Positions 28,895 through 39,960 of a DNA stretch of 64,000 bases are shown here, one piece after another. Source of the stretch: Candidatus Bathyarchaeia archaeon. Its GTDB lineage: Archaea > Thermoproteota > Bathyarchaeia > TCS64. Both the position numbers and the translations under genes were made by a program. Numbering within the stretch: position 1 is the first letter of the stretch; every line of letters starts with the position of its first letter. The notes beneath the pieces were generated by a model that searched no databases, was not told the origin of the DNA, and was given only the letters and a program-made list of their open reading frames with translations. Location: contig JBEKDF010000002.1 in NCBI GenBank assembly GCA_050014495.1, positions 106,244 through 170,243 of the forward strand, given 5' to 3'.

Positions 28895-30766
28895 TTAAAT
28901 GAAGACTATAGGGGGCAGGGAGTCTTTACCCGTTCGAACCTTGAGCTCCTGTAGCTCCCTCTTCTGCTGGTTTAAGACATCCCAGAACTCCCTCGGCATG
29001 TTCGGTTCGTCTCTATAAAGCTGCTCCATCCTGGCGATCTTCTCAAGGTACTTGGAGACTCGTATGCTGAACTGCTGGATGTACTCCTCCTCCGTGTAGT
29101 CCCTCTTGAAGACGACTTTGAATAGCTGTTTGAGATCCTTATAATGCGGGATCAGCCCTATCGGCGTCTTGATGGCCTCGTAGTCTCCTTTTACACGTCC
29201 CTCAGCCCAGATGACCCAGATCTTCTTATCGACTTTCGTATTCGTGTATTTGCCCTCGTGGCGGAGGAAGTAGTTGGTAGCGTAGACCCGCGGTTTGTTC
29301 TTGAGCTTCTTCCCGAACTTGTAGTGATTTGCTAAATAGGTGGAGAGGGGAACGACTACGAAATCGATGTTGGCCATGGGGTCCTGTCTCCTGACCCCAG
29401 TCTTGCCTATAGTGGCGGTGGTCGTCTCCGACTCGAGGGTTGCCCCGAGATACACACCATGCTCCCAGCTCAACGCTTCCGCAATAGGGACGTTCGTATC
29501 TGAATCTCTTCCTCCATAAAATATTCCCTCTACAATCACGCCCTCGGGGTCATTGTAGTGTGGGTCCACGTTCTCAAGCTCGCTTAGGCGCATAGTGTAT
29601 CTTGCGTTTCCGTGGGCGAATGGTATCTCATTTCCGTCCTTGTCCTTCTTCCCCTTGAACCACTCCCCACTGAAGTTCGTCCCCTTCTCGGGGATGTCAC
29701 TCCTCCCCATACCGAGCCAGTAGGGGACACCATCCGAAACGAGAACGTTGCTAAAGATTAGCTCCCTCGGCGTTGTAAGGCTCTTGTAGATCAGGGGGTC
29801 GTCAATCGGGTTTACGTCCTGTATGATGCCGAAGATCCCCTGCTCTATATTGACACCCCTACAGTAACCCTCAGTGTCTCCCTTAAGATAGGCAATGTCG
29901 TCTCCAACTATGCTCTGCCCTGGGATCATTGCTGTGCTCGTCTTTCCGCAGGCAGAAGGGTACGCACCAGCGAAATATGTGACTCTATCCTTCCCCGGTG
30001 GGTGAATTCCCATCAGAAGCATATGCTCCGCGAGCCAGTCCTCGTGGTTCGCCTTGTAGACGGCGAGACGTAGCGCCAACTTTTTCAACCCAACGCTGTT
30101 CCCCGCGTACTGGTTGTTGACCGAGTATACCTTTCCATCTTTCACATCTATGTAGATGCGTCGATTCCCATAGTTTTTCGTGACCTTTCTATCATCGAGC
30201 TCCCCCGCCGAGTGGAGGAAGGTAAAGAAATCCCCCTCACCACTGAGCCTCTTGAATTGCTCGTACCCCTGTCTGTAGAGAAGGTCCTCGCTATGGGAGA
30301 CATAGGCGGAATCCGTCACCTGCATTGCGCAGAGACTGAAGCGGCTGTTGGTTGGGCCGAGGCTATAAAATTTTACAATCATATCCCTCCCCACCATTGA
30401 GCCATCCATAAGGCCTAGGATCTCCCTTAGTCCCTCCTCTCGGCCAATTGTGTTAATGTTCTTGCTCAACCGCATTCCCTGTGGTGTGAGAACCTTGGTG
30501 CTCCCAGTGTCACGAGCCAGGTCATAGTATCCATCGAAGTGTATTGTGTGCCCCTTCATCCTCAGGGGCTTCTCCTCCCCCGTCTTATTAGCGAGTTCAC
30601 GGATGCGATCAACATCGGACTGGGCCTCGCCGAGAACGATAACCCTCGACGGCTTACAAAGTCTGTTGAATGAGTGGAGTTGGTCAATCACATGCTGATT
30701 ACCGAGGGCCTCAAGGCTCTCTCGGCTCTCCTTATCCAGGACCTTAACAAGTACGTCCGGGATCAT
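28895..30766 (-). CDS. pckG: Phosphoenolpyruvate carboxykinase (GTP)
   Basis: YAGNSVGLKK, WLAEHM, AYPSACGKTSTAM, VGDDIAY, HGNARY, GGRD. Confidence 0.96.
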   Translation of the reverse strand: MIPDVLVKVLDKESRESLEALGNQHVIDQLHSFNRLCKPSRVIVLGEAQSDVDRIRELANKTGEEKPLRMKGHTIHFDGYYDLARDTGSTKVLTPQGMRLSKNINTIGREEGLREILGLMDGSMVGRDMIVKFYSLGPTNSRFSLCAMQVTDSAYVSHSEDLLYRQGYEQFKRLSGEGDFFTFLHSAGELDDRKVTKNYGNRRIYIDVKDGKVYSVNNQYAGNSVGLKKLALRLAVYKANHEDWLAEHMLLMGIHPPGKDRVTYFAGAYPSACGKTSTAMIPGQSIVGDDIAYLKGDTEGYCRGVNIEQGIFGIIQDVNPIDDPLIYKSLTTPRELIFSNVLVSDGVPYWLGMGRSDIPEKGTNFSGEWFKGKKDKDGNEIPFAHGNARYTMRLSELENVDPHYNDPEGVIVEGIFYGGRDSDTNVPIAEALSWEHGVYLGATLESETTTATIGKTGVRRQDPMANIDFVVVPLSTYLANHYKFGKKLKNKPRVYATNYFLRHEGKYTNTKVDKKIWVIWAEGRVKGDYEAIKTPIGLIPHYKDLKQLFKVVFKRDYTEEEYIQQFSIRVSKYLEKIARMEQLYRDEPNMPREFWDVLNQQKRELQELKVRTGKDSLPPIVFI

Positions 30767-30993
30767 AAACCATCAATTGATGTACGGTGCTCTCCCGATA
30801 AGTGTAACGGTGAAATCAAAATTTCGAGGAAAATCCCCCAATGATGAATCCGCTTCATTCCAACCTTATGCAAGATGAAATTTCAACCCAAATGACCACA
30901 ACCATAAATGCTATTACAATAATGGGCCGAGGCAAATCTAGCTAGGAAGGAAATTATCATAAGGCTGACGAGGTTCAATTTTCCCAGATCATC

Positions 30994-31929
30994 ATGAGTG
31001 AAAACGGTTTATTATCCAGGTTTTGGCTCTGGGAGCTGACTCGTCCAGCCTTCGAGGATTGGCTCGTTAAAGACCCGGCTCCGACGGTCATAATAGGCAT
31101 CGGCGCAATTGAACAGCATGCGGTCCACCTACCATTAGGGTGCGACAGTATAGGGGTAGCAAAGTTCATTCACGACGTAGCAGAGAAGACCAACAGCGTC
31201 TGCCTCCACCCCACCTGGGCAGGGTATAGTCCCCATCACATGGAGTTCGCGGGGACCATCACATACAGCCACGAGACCCTTCTAAACATCCTGCTTGACA
31301 CAATCAGAAGCCTATCGTATCATGGCGTGAAGCGCTTCGTCCTCATCAATTACCATGGCGGAAACGAGAATATAATGAACCTCGCAGCCCAGATCGCGAA
31401 GAGAGAGTACCGCGTCATGGTGGCGACCCCTCATGGGCCGAACAACACTGAGCTCTCAAAGAAGATCAGATACAGGATGCAGAGGTATCTTGAGGTCCAC
31501 AGCTGCGCCCGTGAGACCAGCTACGCCCTACATTACTTCCCCGAGCTAGTCGAAATGTGGCGTCTTGAGGACTGGGAGAACCCCACCCTCATCCCTGAGT
31601 ATCTCCTAGAGTTCCTAGACCCAGATCGCCTGGACTACGAGATAGTCAGCCAGATATTCGACGCCAGCATCGGTCCCGACACCAACGACATAACTAAGAC
31701 CGGGCAGTACAGCATCAACGATCCGCGCACCGCAACGAAGGAGGAGGGTGACGCCATGGCTGCTGAGTCAACCCAATTCCTCATCGACTTCATAAACACA
31801 TGGAAGAAATTGCCCACCCCACCGGCCTATAGCGACGAGAGCGGTTGTGGTGACACCAATTGCCACCAGGAGCACGAAGACTGCGACTGCGGAGAAGTCG
31901 GACACAACCCTGAAAACAAAAAACGATGA
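30994..31929 (+). CDS. Creatininase family protein with Cys/His-rich C-terminal tail
   Basis: GAIEQHAVHLPLGCD, SPHH, NYHGGN, HSCARETS. Confidence 0.9.
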   Translation: MSENGLLSRFWLWELTRPAFEDWLVKDPAPTVIIGIGAIEQHAVHLPLGCDSIGVAKFIHDVAEKTNSVCLHPTWAGYSPHHMEFAGTITYSHETLLNILLDTIRSLSYHGVKRFVLINYHGGNENIMNLAAQIAKREYRVMVATPHGPNNTELSKKIRYRMQRYLEVHSCARETSYALHYFPELVEMWRLEDWENPTLIPEYLLEFLDPDRLDYEIVSQIFDASIGPDTNDITKTGQYSINDPRTATKEEGDAMAAESTQFLIDFINTWKKLPTPPAYSDESGCGDTNCHQEHEDCDCGEVGHNPENKKR

Positions 31930-32187
31930 TATTTGAGAAGCTCACTTGGCTCTTTGTGGAGCGTACGCATAGCTGAACCTGTCATCATCGGCCCTTGACG
32001 AATAATTGCCAGAGGAAGGGATTGTAAAGTAGTCACCTTTACAGAGTACGGGGAACCTCAGACCTCCAGGGGGGAGGCAGGGAACTGATTATTGAAAGAT
32101 CACAGACCTTTACCTGCGTGCGCTAGAATAATCTCCGCCGAAGTCGTCAAGTAACTCCTAATAGGTACATACACCCTAAAAGTTGCA

Positions 32188-33486
32188 ATGGACTACACGG
32201 AGGCATCCAAATGGTTCCTCGACTTGGAACGCCTCGGTTCAAAACCCGGGCTTGAGGTGGTGTCAGCCCTTCTTGAAAGCCTCGGCTCGCCACATAGGCG
32301 ATTCAAATCTGTCCACGTCACAGGCACCAATGGGAAGGGTAGCACCTCCGCGATGATAGCCAGTATCCTCAGAGCTGCAGGATACCGAGTCGGTCTATTC
32401 ACGAGCCCCCACCTTAGCACATGGAGAGAGAGCATCGTCATCGATGGCGAGAAGATTAGCCAAAACGATGCAGCCACAATCATGGGGCTGATCAGAGTCG
32501 AGTGCATGAAGACAGCGAAGAAACCAGGCCTCCGCCACCCTACGCAATTCGAGACACTTACTGTCGCAGCCTTCCAGTATTTCGCCTGGAAGGAGGTCGA
32601 CTTCGCTGTCGTGGAAGTCGGGATGGGGGGAAGACTCGACGCCACAAACGTCATCATGCCAGAGGTCGCCGTAATCACAAATGTGAGCCTTGAACACACA
32701 GCCTGGCTCGGGGATACGGTTCTCAAAATAGCCCGAGAGAAGTCTGGTATAATAAAGCCTGGCTGTTCCGTCGTAACAGCAACGACTAACGACGAGGTCT
32801 ATAATCTTCTCCGTGAAAGGAGCCGATACGAGAGTGCCAAAATTACCCGCGTAGGAACCGAAGTCACATACGCGACACAGGAACAAAGTATTGAAGGGCA
32901 GAACTTTCGAGTAGAAGGTCGGCTTGCCACTTACAACCTCTCGACCAGGCTCCTAGGAGAGTACCAAGTCGTGAACGGGGCGACCGCAGTCGCAGTAGCC
33001 GAGGCTCTGATCGACCGTGGATTTAACATATCTCCGCAGTCCATAGTCGGGGGGATGAGAGCCACTGCTTGGCCTGGGCGGCTTGAGGTCGTTCAGAAGA
33101 ACCCACTTGTCCTGCTCGATGGCGCAAAGGACGCCGAGGCAGCAATAGCCCTAAGCCGCTTCCTAAATAATCTCCCCCGGAGGCGACTAATCGCCGTTAT
33201 TGCAATCAGTAGTGACAAGGACATACCCGCTATGGTCCATGAGATAGCTGGAGCAGCAGACTATGTCATAGCGACTAGCCACCGCATCAGTTCGAGGACC
33301 GGTGATCCTAGCCTGATAGTCGGGGAGGCTGCAAAGCTTGGGAAGCCATCAGAGGCTCAGCCGAACGTTGCATCTGCTGTGAAGAGAGCGCTTGAGATCG
33401 CCGAGCCAGTGGACGCCGTCCTTGTAGCTGGCTCCGTTTTCCTCGTAGGCGAAGCCCGTGAACTCTGGTACCCACCTGAACTATAA
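32188..33486 (+). CDS. folC: Folylpolyglutamate synthase/dihydrofolate synthase
   Basis: HVTGTNGKGST, TSPHL, EVGMGGRLDATN, WPGRLE, GSVFLVGE. Confidence 0.93.
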   Translation: MDYTEASKWFLDLERLGSKPGLEVVSALLESLGSPHRRFKSVHVTGTNGKGSTSAMIASILRAAGYRVGLFTSPHLSTWRESIVIDGEKISQNDAATIMGLIRVECMKTAKKPGLRHPTQFETLTVAAFQYFAWKEVDFAVVEVGMGGRLDATNVIMPEVAVITNVSLEHTAWLGDTVLKIAREKSGIIKPGCSVVTATTNDEVYNLLRERSRYESAKITRVGTEVTYATQEQSIEGQNFRVEGRLATYNLSTRLLGEYQVVNGATAVAVAEALIDRGFNISPQSIVGGMRATAWPGRLEVVQKNPLVLLDGAKDAEAAIALSRFLNNLPRRRLIAVIAISSDKDIPAMVHEIAGAADYVIATSHRISSRTGDPSLIVGEAAKLGKPSEAQPNVASAVKRALEIAEPVDAVLVAGSVFLVGEARELWYPPEL

Positions 33487-33743
33487 ATGCTTGAAACCCT
33501 TCACGAACCTGTACTTTCATAGATTGTGGGAGTTTTAACAACAAAGCCCACCTATTCACTCAAACTTATTAGTCCTTAATCCATGGGGAGAATCGACGTA
33601 CTGCTATGAACACACGCCATCTAAATTTGATTGGATGATCAGATTAACCCCATATTAACAAAGATTAAAGGGCTCTCTTAGAGATTCAACTCCATTTTCT
33701 TCGTCTCGACGGCGTGATAAACTTCGCGCTCTCTCACATTCTT

Positions 33744-34124
33744 CTAACTCTCATGTCTTGCTCGCAGGAACATTGCTCCTATTATAGAGCCTATCAGCAG
33801 ACTCAACAGGGCATATATATCGGTTGTCGTACTTTCGACCACTAAGTTGTAAACGAACTCGAAGATGTATGCTATAATGGCTGTAATCGTACCCGTCTGG
33901 ATATAATTCCTCCTCCTAACCCTGGCTACTAGGTATCCTCCTAGAAAACCCCCAATAAGATGCGCCGCAAGGTAGACACTCATCACCAAATTATAGACGG
34001 ACTCACGATCTGCGAGGGAAAGCCCACCGAACATGATTTGTAAAACCTGCGAGACTAAAAGGACCACGCCGAAGGCTAACGCTGCCCCCGCGAGGTAATT
34101 CCTGAAGTCGCGCTCACTTTTCAA
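33744..34124 (-). CDS. Hypothetical four-TM membrane protein
   Basis: Four hydrophobic helices, GGFLGGY motif. Confidence 0.7.
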   Translation of the reverse strand: MKSERDFRNYLAGAALAFGVVLLVSQVLQIMFGGLSLADRESVYNLVMSVYLAAHLIGGFLGGYLVARVRRRNYIQTGTITAIIAYIFEFVYNLVVESTTTDIYALLSLLIGSIIGAMFLRARHES

Positions 34125-34441
34125 GACGTTTCAATATGTTAGGGTTACACTCCAATATTTAACCCTCCGCGAAGGGTACGGATGGGGCGACAAATTCGCA
34201 ATGATGATTTTCCCCTAAACCCCGGTTAGGAATATCCACCAGCCATACTCTAACGAACAGGATGGTAGACAAACTCAATATTGAGATCTAGGCGATTGAG
34301 TCTGTAAAAATATAGGTCCTCACAGGCAATCTCAGGCAAACTTGAGACAATTTATGAGTAACCCTCCTTAACCTCTACCATTTTCTTCTTACACGACATC
34401 ACTTCGATAAAGTAGTTAACCTTCCAGCCGATGCTTGTATC

Positions 34442-35014
34442 ATGAAGAAGTCACTCGGAATAGGGACATTCGCTCTACCCTCCCCCGTATGGGTCGTAGG
34501 CACCTACGATGCGGCCGGGAAGCCGAATCTCATGACAGCCGCCTGGGGTGGAATATGTAACTCCCGCCCCCCATCGATCTACGTCAGCCTACGTAAGGCG
34601 ACATACAGCCATGGAAATATAATGGCGAGGAGAGCCTACACCGTAAGTATCCCTTCAGAGAAGTACGTTAAAGAGACGGATTGGATAGGCATCGCCACAG
34701 GTCGTGAACTGGACAAGTTCGTCACCGCCAAGCTCACCCCTGTAAGGGGGTCAGTCGTGGATGCCCCTTATGTGGATGAGTTCCCTGTTGTGCTCGAATG
34801 TCGTGTGAGGGAAGTTTTCGAGCTCGGTCTACACACCCAGTTTGTTGGCGAGATCTTGGATGTGAAGGCCGAGGTAGACGTCCTTAACGAGAAAGGAGCT
34901 ATCGACATCGAGAAGGTCAGACCCATTATCTTCGCCGCGGGCACAGGTACTTACCATGGTGTCGGGAAGAAAATACAGGACGCTTTCACTATAAGGGAGC
35001 TGAAGAAGGACTAG
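34442..35014 (+). CDS. Flavin reductase family protein (flavoredoxin-like)
   Basis: KPNLMTAAWGG, APYVDEFPVVLECRV, GLHTQFVGEI. Confidence 0.92.
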   Translation: MKKSLGIGTFALPSPVWVVGTYDAAGKPNLMTAAWGGICNSRPPSIYVSLRKATYSHGNIMARRAYTVSIPSEKYVKETDWIGIATGRELDKFVTAKLTPVRGSVVDAPYVDEFPVVLECRVREVFELGLHTQFVGEILDVKAEVDVLNEKGAIDIEKVRPIIFAAGTGTYHGVGKKIQDAFTIRELKKD

Positions 35015-37521
35015 GCTCCGCTTGCACAATAGTAGATTGCGTTGAAAAGCATCCTAAAGCTACCGCGTGCCTGATTCCTGAAGTGGGGAGGGAACCCAAA
35101 TAAGATCACCCTACCCCTTCCAACTCTGTGATCTGATATTGCCGCGAGCCCCCTTAACTGCTTCTCCCCCAAGATCCAGCCGCTAAGCAAAGCATTCGCC
35201 TCCGGGTACTTCGCCACCTCGTATCCCTCCTTCACCTTGAAAGCGGGGCCTGAAATGAAGTAGACCGAAGCCTCACGTGGGTAACCGAACGCAACCGGAT
35301 GTGTCTCGTCAAGTGTAACACTGAGTATGCTGCCGGGAATGTAGAACTCTTGCTCTTTTAGACCTTCCAGCGGATTCTCAGCTGCAACCATCAAGTCCTT
35401 GATGGCGTAGCTCGACGCCTTGTTGAGAGCGATTACGCTCCCCCCCTTATCTAGGAATTCGAGGACAGCCTTCGTCCCCTCCTCTCCGAGGCCTATCCTA
35501 TACATGGCCTCGTAACTACCCGGATTGGAGCCCTTAACCGCCTTCATCCCATTCAATATTTGGTCCCTCCCGAGATCTGGAAAGATCAACACATCTAACT
35601 TCTCTGCCAAGCCGCCTTGCCTTATGCTCTGCGGGTTTAGCGATTCGAAGCCAAAGCCATACTCCTCAAGCACCATCCTGAGCCAAGCCTCGTCAGCGTT
35701 GGGCAACCACGCCTTGTAGACGCCGATCCTTGGCAAAATGACTTGGAAGGCAATATCCGGAAGGTCATCCATTCCATAGAAATCAACGCCGATATGAGTC
35801 GCCTCCTCCATCAGCTTATCCGTGTTCTCACCGGATTCGAGGATGAATGCCCCCGGCCTAAGCCCAATTGATTGGGCCTCCACCCAGTCCTGCGTCCTCC
35901 ACAGATTGATACCCTTCTGAAGGAGCATGTTAGCGGCACTCGTCGAAGCTAGATGCTCTGATGGGAACAGGTAAAACTTCTTCCCAGCACCATGAATGTT
36001 CCCCATAGGCTTTCTGGGCCTCAATAACTCAGTTTCACAATCAAATCTATCTTGGACTGAGACTATATTGACCCCCATCTGGAGCCCAAGAGTCTGGGCG
36101 GTGACGTCATAGGGTACCTCCGGAGGGTCGCTTGGGTTTCTCCTCAAATCCGGGTAGACTTGCTTCTCTAGAAGAGTCTTTGCGAAGCGTCCATAAGGCT
36201 GGGCGAATGGCACCACGACGCTGCTTTTTGGGTACTTAATGCCATCAGCTGTAAATGGTTCTAATGCTTCGTACAGCTTTACGTCGCCCCTTCTAAGGAC
36301 CTCAAACAACTCATAAACTGCACCTGGGTCCGCCTGTTCCATCGGTATGATAAATGCATATGGGCCACCAGGGGGATTAAGGGCCCTCCTACCAATCTCT
36401 AAGCTGCCTCTCAACCAACGCTCCCTATGCTTTGCGGCGTTTCCCAGCAGAGCCATAGCCGCAGTAAATTCGTATTCAACGATGTCTCGGAGACTCCATC
36501 TCCCCCCGACCCAAGGCATAACATGGTTCCATCTTGCCTCCCGAGGCTTGAAACCCCTCTCCCCCTCGAGCTCCTCTATTTTGACATTGACTGGGCTGGC
36601 TATGTCGACACTCGCTACCTCACTGAGGATCCGAATCCCACCATGGTAGTGCTGGTAGGCTCTCGCGGGGGTCCAGCCATCGAACTCCCAGTTGGTGCTT
36701 ACACCCTCTTTTCCGGCAATCGTTAACGCATCGGCCATGGTCAAACCCATGAAACTTGTCCCACTAACAATCACAGGATCCACATTTGGATCGATCGGGT
36801 CGATGTAAGGTGGGACAAATATGCGGGGTCCCCTCTGGCCCATCTGGTGGAGATCGTAGACTATCTGAGGGTGCCAGAGGTTGTGGATCTTCTCCACTGT
36901 TAGCCTGGTCTCTTTGAGGCTAAACATGAACCAATCCCGGTTGTTGTCGTGACCAGCATATCTGTGGTATACCATTGGGGGGGCTGTTCCCTCGTATTTT
37001 GTGCCTAGGTAGCGCCTGTACCATTCGCAGACCAGTCTATTTCCATCAGGGTTCAGAGAGGGGACAAGGAGGAGGATGGTGTCCTGAAGTATTTCTCTGA
37101 CGTCAGGATCATCCCCGGTTGCGAGTCTGTGGAGAAGCTCCATGCTCATCTGGCTCCCCCCTACCTCTGTTGAGTGGATGCTGCATGTGATTAAAACGAC
37201 CGTCTTTCCAGATCTTATGAGTCTCTCTGCTTCCTCCGTTGTGACTCCCTCAGGCTCGCAGAGTCGAAGTTGAATCCGTCTTAGCTCCTCTAGGTTCCTA
37301 AGGTTCTCCGGTGAAGTCACGGTCGCTAGTAGGAATTGGTTTCCTTCGGTCGTCTTGCCCAGCTCTTCAAGCTTAACTCTATCCGAAGTCTCAGCTACTT
37401 TCGAGAAGTAAGCAACGATCTCCGGCCAATCCGCGAGTCTACGGTCCTCCCCAACTTTAAAGCCAAGATAGTCCTCAGGGGAGGGGACATCCTTCATAAC
37501 CATGATCAAAGTAGCAAACAC
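35011..37521 (-). CDS. M14 family zinc carboxypeptidase with GAT-like C-terminal domain (paralog of 1517-4048)
   Basis: SIHSTE, NPDG, GHDNNRD, DLHQMG. Confidence 0.9.
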   Translation of the reverse strand: MFATLIMVMKDVPSPEDYLGFKVGEDRRLADWPEIVAYFSKVAETSDRVKLEELGKTTEGNQFLLATVTSPENLRNLEELRRIQLRLCEPEGVTTEEAERLIRSGKTVVLITCSIHSTEVGGSQMSMELLHRLATGDDPDVREILQDTILLLVPSLNPDGNRLVCEWYRRYLGTKYEGTAPPMVYHRYAGHDNNRDWFMFSLKETRLTVEKIHNLWHPQIVYDLHQMGQRGPRIFVPPYIDPIDPNVDPVIVSGTSFMGLTMADALTIAGKEGVSTNWEFDGWTPARAYQHYHGGIRILSEVASVDIASPVNVKIEELEGERGFKPREARWNHVMPWVGGRWSLRDIVEYEFTAAMALLGNAAKHRERWLRGSLEIGRRALNPPGGPYAFIIPMEQADPGAVYELFEVLRRGDVKLYEALEPFTADGIKYPKSSVVVPFAQPYGRFAKTLLEKQVYPDLRRNPSDPPEVPYDVTAQTLGLQMGVNIVSVQDRFDCETELLRPRKPMGNIHGAGKKFYLFPSEHLASTSAANMLLQKGINLWRTQDWVEAQSIGLRPGAFILESGENTDKLMEEATHIGVDFYGMDDLPDIAFQVILPRIGVYKAWLPNADEAWLRMVLEEYGFGFESLNPQSIRQGGLAEKLDVLIFPDLGRDQILNGMKAVKGSNPGSYEAMYRIGLGEEGTKAVLEFLDKGGSVIALNKASSYAIKDLMVAAENPLEGLKEQEFYIPGSILSVTLDETHPVAFGYPREASVYFISGPAFKVKEGYEVAKYPEANALLSGWILGEKQLRGLAAISDHRVGRGRVILFGFPPHFRNQARGSFRMLFNAIYYCASGA

Positions 37522-37813
37522 GGAGCATAAAAGCCGAGTGAAGACATACGAGAAATTGGATAGAATATCCGATAGTAGTGGAACTCGGATAGTTTCATAT
37601 TAGGATTATCATTCGATATACAAGGTGAAAAAAAAGTTTCGATATTATCCCCGATGATGACTAACGAGAAAATTCTTCTCCCCATTTTAACAAGAAAACT
37701 AAGATTTTTTTACTGGGAAATATTAAATACACATCTAAATCGCCCGCCTAATAAAAGGAAACGCGGTTGCACCCCTGGAATAATCGGTGAACACTTGAGT
37801 AGAAGATGAATGG

Positions 37814-38158
37814 CTAACTCTTCTTCAGAGGGATTTCACCCTGTTTAACTGGTTTCCTCTCAACCTTGAAAGTTACAGGGCGTTCTGAGTCGGGGCAGCT
37901 GAAGTACTTTATCTTATCTATGTAGTCCCAGGGCTCTGTGACGTTTCTCTCCATCGCGGATGTGAGGGGGAGAATGGCGCTGAAGGCTGCTAAGCAGACG
38001 CTGTCGGTCTCCTCGAGGACAAGTCTTCCGGGGTTGCTAGTGATGGTTATCTTGTCACCGACCTTGTATATCTTGCATGGTCCCTTAACATGCGTTGGAC
38101 CCCCGTCAATGCTCTTCGGATCTTGTACGTCGACGACTGTGAAAACTACCTTGTACAT
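37814..38158 (-). CDS. TIGR04076-like small Cys-containing protein
   Basis: KGPCKIYKVGDKI, VCLAAF, CPD...VTFKVER. Confidence 0.7.
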   Translation of the reverse strand: MYKVVFTVVDVQDPKSIDGGPTHVKGPCKIYKVGDKITITSNPGRLVLEETDSVCLAAFSAILPLTSAMERNVTEPWDYIDKIKYFSCPDSERPVTFKVERKPVKQGEIPLKKS

Positions 38159-38196
38159 TACTATCTCACATCCCTGAGATTCAACGCGTAAAAGAA

Positions 38197-38994
38197 TTAG
38201 CCTCCCCTATATACCCCCCAGAAGTGGCGGACGTTGACGTCTTCCGGACTATCAGTACCATGCGCGCCTTTGCCTGTGTCTGGGTCAATATGAGTGCCGT
38301 GGTCGGGTGTGAATGCGACGACCCTATTCGAAGACTTGTACCTCGCGTTAAAGGCCGAGGCCAGAGTCTCAAAGCTTCTCAGGTGCCGCTTAAATGCTTC
38401 TATAGCATTCGGGTCCCTCGGCGTCGAGGCATGCATAAGATCATCATACTCCTGGTGGTAAACGAGGATGAAGTCGTAGTCAGCGACATCGAGTATCTTC
38501 AGGGTGCTCGCCTCGACCTGCGGGTCATACTCCTCGGTGAAATAGTCAATCTTACGATTCCTGAAGACAAGATCAATGCTACTATTCTTTACGGCAATGA
38601 TCGCAGCCTCCTTTCCCTCCCTAAGGAGGGCGTCAAATATTGTGTCACAGGTAAGTACAGGTTTCTCATACTTTCGTATCCCATGAACCTCTGGTTGCGC
38701 TCCCGTGAACATGCTACTAAAACATACAGGCGTATAGGTTGGGAGAACCGACTTCATTTCAACCTCTATTGGAGCAGCCTTCTCAACTCCAGCGAAGAGA
38801 TTCGCATAGTCTCGGCGGATGCCGAGACCAATGGCATCTGGAGCGTACACTAGGGCCTTCTCGGCAAGTCCACCCCTGAGTATCTTGGAAGCGTATGAGA
38901 CAACCACGTCTATAGTCGGTGCAGTTGACTCAATCGGGGCTTTGATGCCCATCAAGGAGCAGATCGTCGGTGTGACCGAGGTTATGCTGTACAT
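38197..38994 (-). CDS. Alkaline phosphatase superfamily protein
   Basis: PDAIG, SVLPTYTPVCFSSMFTGAQPEVHGI, YDDLMH, TPDHG, GAHG. Confidence 0.85.
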   Translation of the reverse strand: MYSITSVTPTICSLMGIKAPIESTAPTIDVVVSYASKILRGGLAEKALVYAPDAIGLGIRRDYANLFAGVEKAAPIEVEMKSVLPTYTPVCFSSMFTGAQPEVHGIRKYEKPVLTCDTIFDALLREGKEAAIIAVKNSSIDLVFRNRKIDYFTEEYDPQVEASTLKILDVADYDFILVYHQEYDDLMHASTPRDPNAIEAFKRHLRSFETLASAFNARYKSSNRVVAFTPDHGTHIDPDTGKGAHGTDSPEDVNVRHFWGVYRGG

Positions 38995-39061
38995 GGCCCC
39001 AATTAATCTCAGATGGTAAAAATACTTTACTTGTAAAGAGGGTTAAAAGAGGAAGAGTCGA

Positions 39062-39916
39062 CTACTCGATGAGGTAGACGATGTTAAGCGTCACTGATAC
39101 GCTCAGGTTCCCAGACAGAACCGGTGTTGAAGGCGTCAAGGCTCCGGCCCCGGCGGTGACTGAGCTTCTATAGTCAAGCACGGGGTAGTATCCACTCTCA
39201 CTCACACTCTGGACTCCCGCGATATGTATGCCCAATCCGTTGGTTATCACGTCGCTCTTTGCCTTCGCGTCTGCTATGGCAGCAGTGTACGCCTGGAGCT
39301 TTATGGCGGAAGCGGTTTCGTCGGTGATTCCGAAGCTGATCGAGTCAACCCTGTTGGCACCAGCGGAGGTCGCAGCATCAATGGCTGGGCCTACCTTAGA
39401 GAGATCCTTGATTTTGATCTGTATCATGTTCGTGACTTGGTACCCGATCACCTGGTGGATGTCGTAGTTGTAGTTGGGATTCACGGTGTACGTTGTGGTC
39501 TGAATGTCATCATTGGTGAATCCGAGCTGCTTTAGGGCGGCGATTACAGCAGTCATTGTTGCGGCGTTCTGGTCGATGGCTGTGCTCGCGAGCTTGTCCT
39601 CGCTGTATACGCCGAGGGAGACAGTCGCTTGATTGGCCTTAACATATATGACACCAGTGCCTGAGATGGTCAGTGTTTTAGGGTTTGTTCCCGTGTCTGT
39701 GGCGGTGACTGAGCTGAATCCTGTAGCCCCGACGGAGGGTGGCACACCTGTTGATGAAACTGGTTGGTTAACTTCGGCGATCGTACCTGGTTTATACGCG
39801 ATTATCATTCCTGCTAGAAGAATGGATGCACATACTGCCAGAATTGTCGCGGCTTGTCTCGTCTTATCCATAATCATTACCGATAGGAAGACCTCTCGCG
39901 GACCTATTATACCCAT
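39062..39916 (-). CDS. SIMPL domain (DUF541) protein
   Basis: ISGTG, DIQTTTYTVNPNY, GYQVTN, AGANRV, AIADAKAK. Confidence 0.92.
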   Translation of the reverse strand: MGIIGPREVFLSVMIMDKTRQAATILAVCASILLAGMIIAYKPGTIAEVNQPVSSTGVPPSVGATGFSSVTATDTGTNPKTLTISGTGVIYVKANQATVSLGVYSEDKLASTAIDQNAATMTAVIAALKQLGFTNDDIQTTTYTVNPNYNYDIHQVIGYQVTNMIQIKIKDLSKVGPAIDAATSAGANRVDSISFGITDETASAIKLQAYTAAIADAKAKSDVITNGLGIHIAGVQSVSESGYYPVLDYRSSVTAGAGALTPSTPVLSGNLSVSVTLNIVYLIE

Positions 39917-39960
39917 AGATTAGAACGGGTGTACGAAATAGTAGAACAGGGGTTTAGGGA

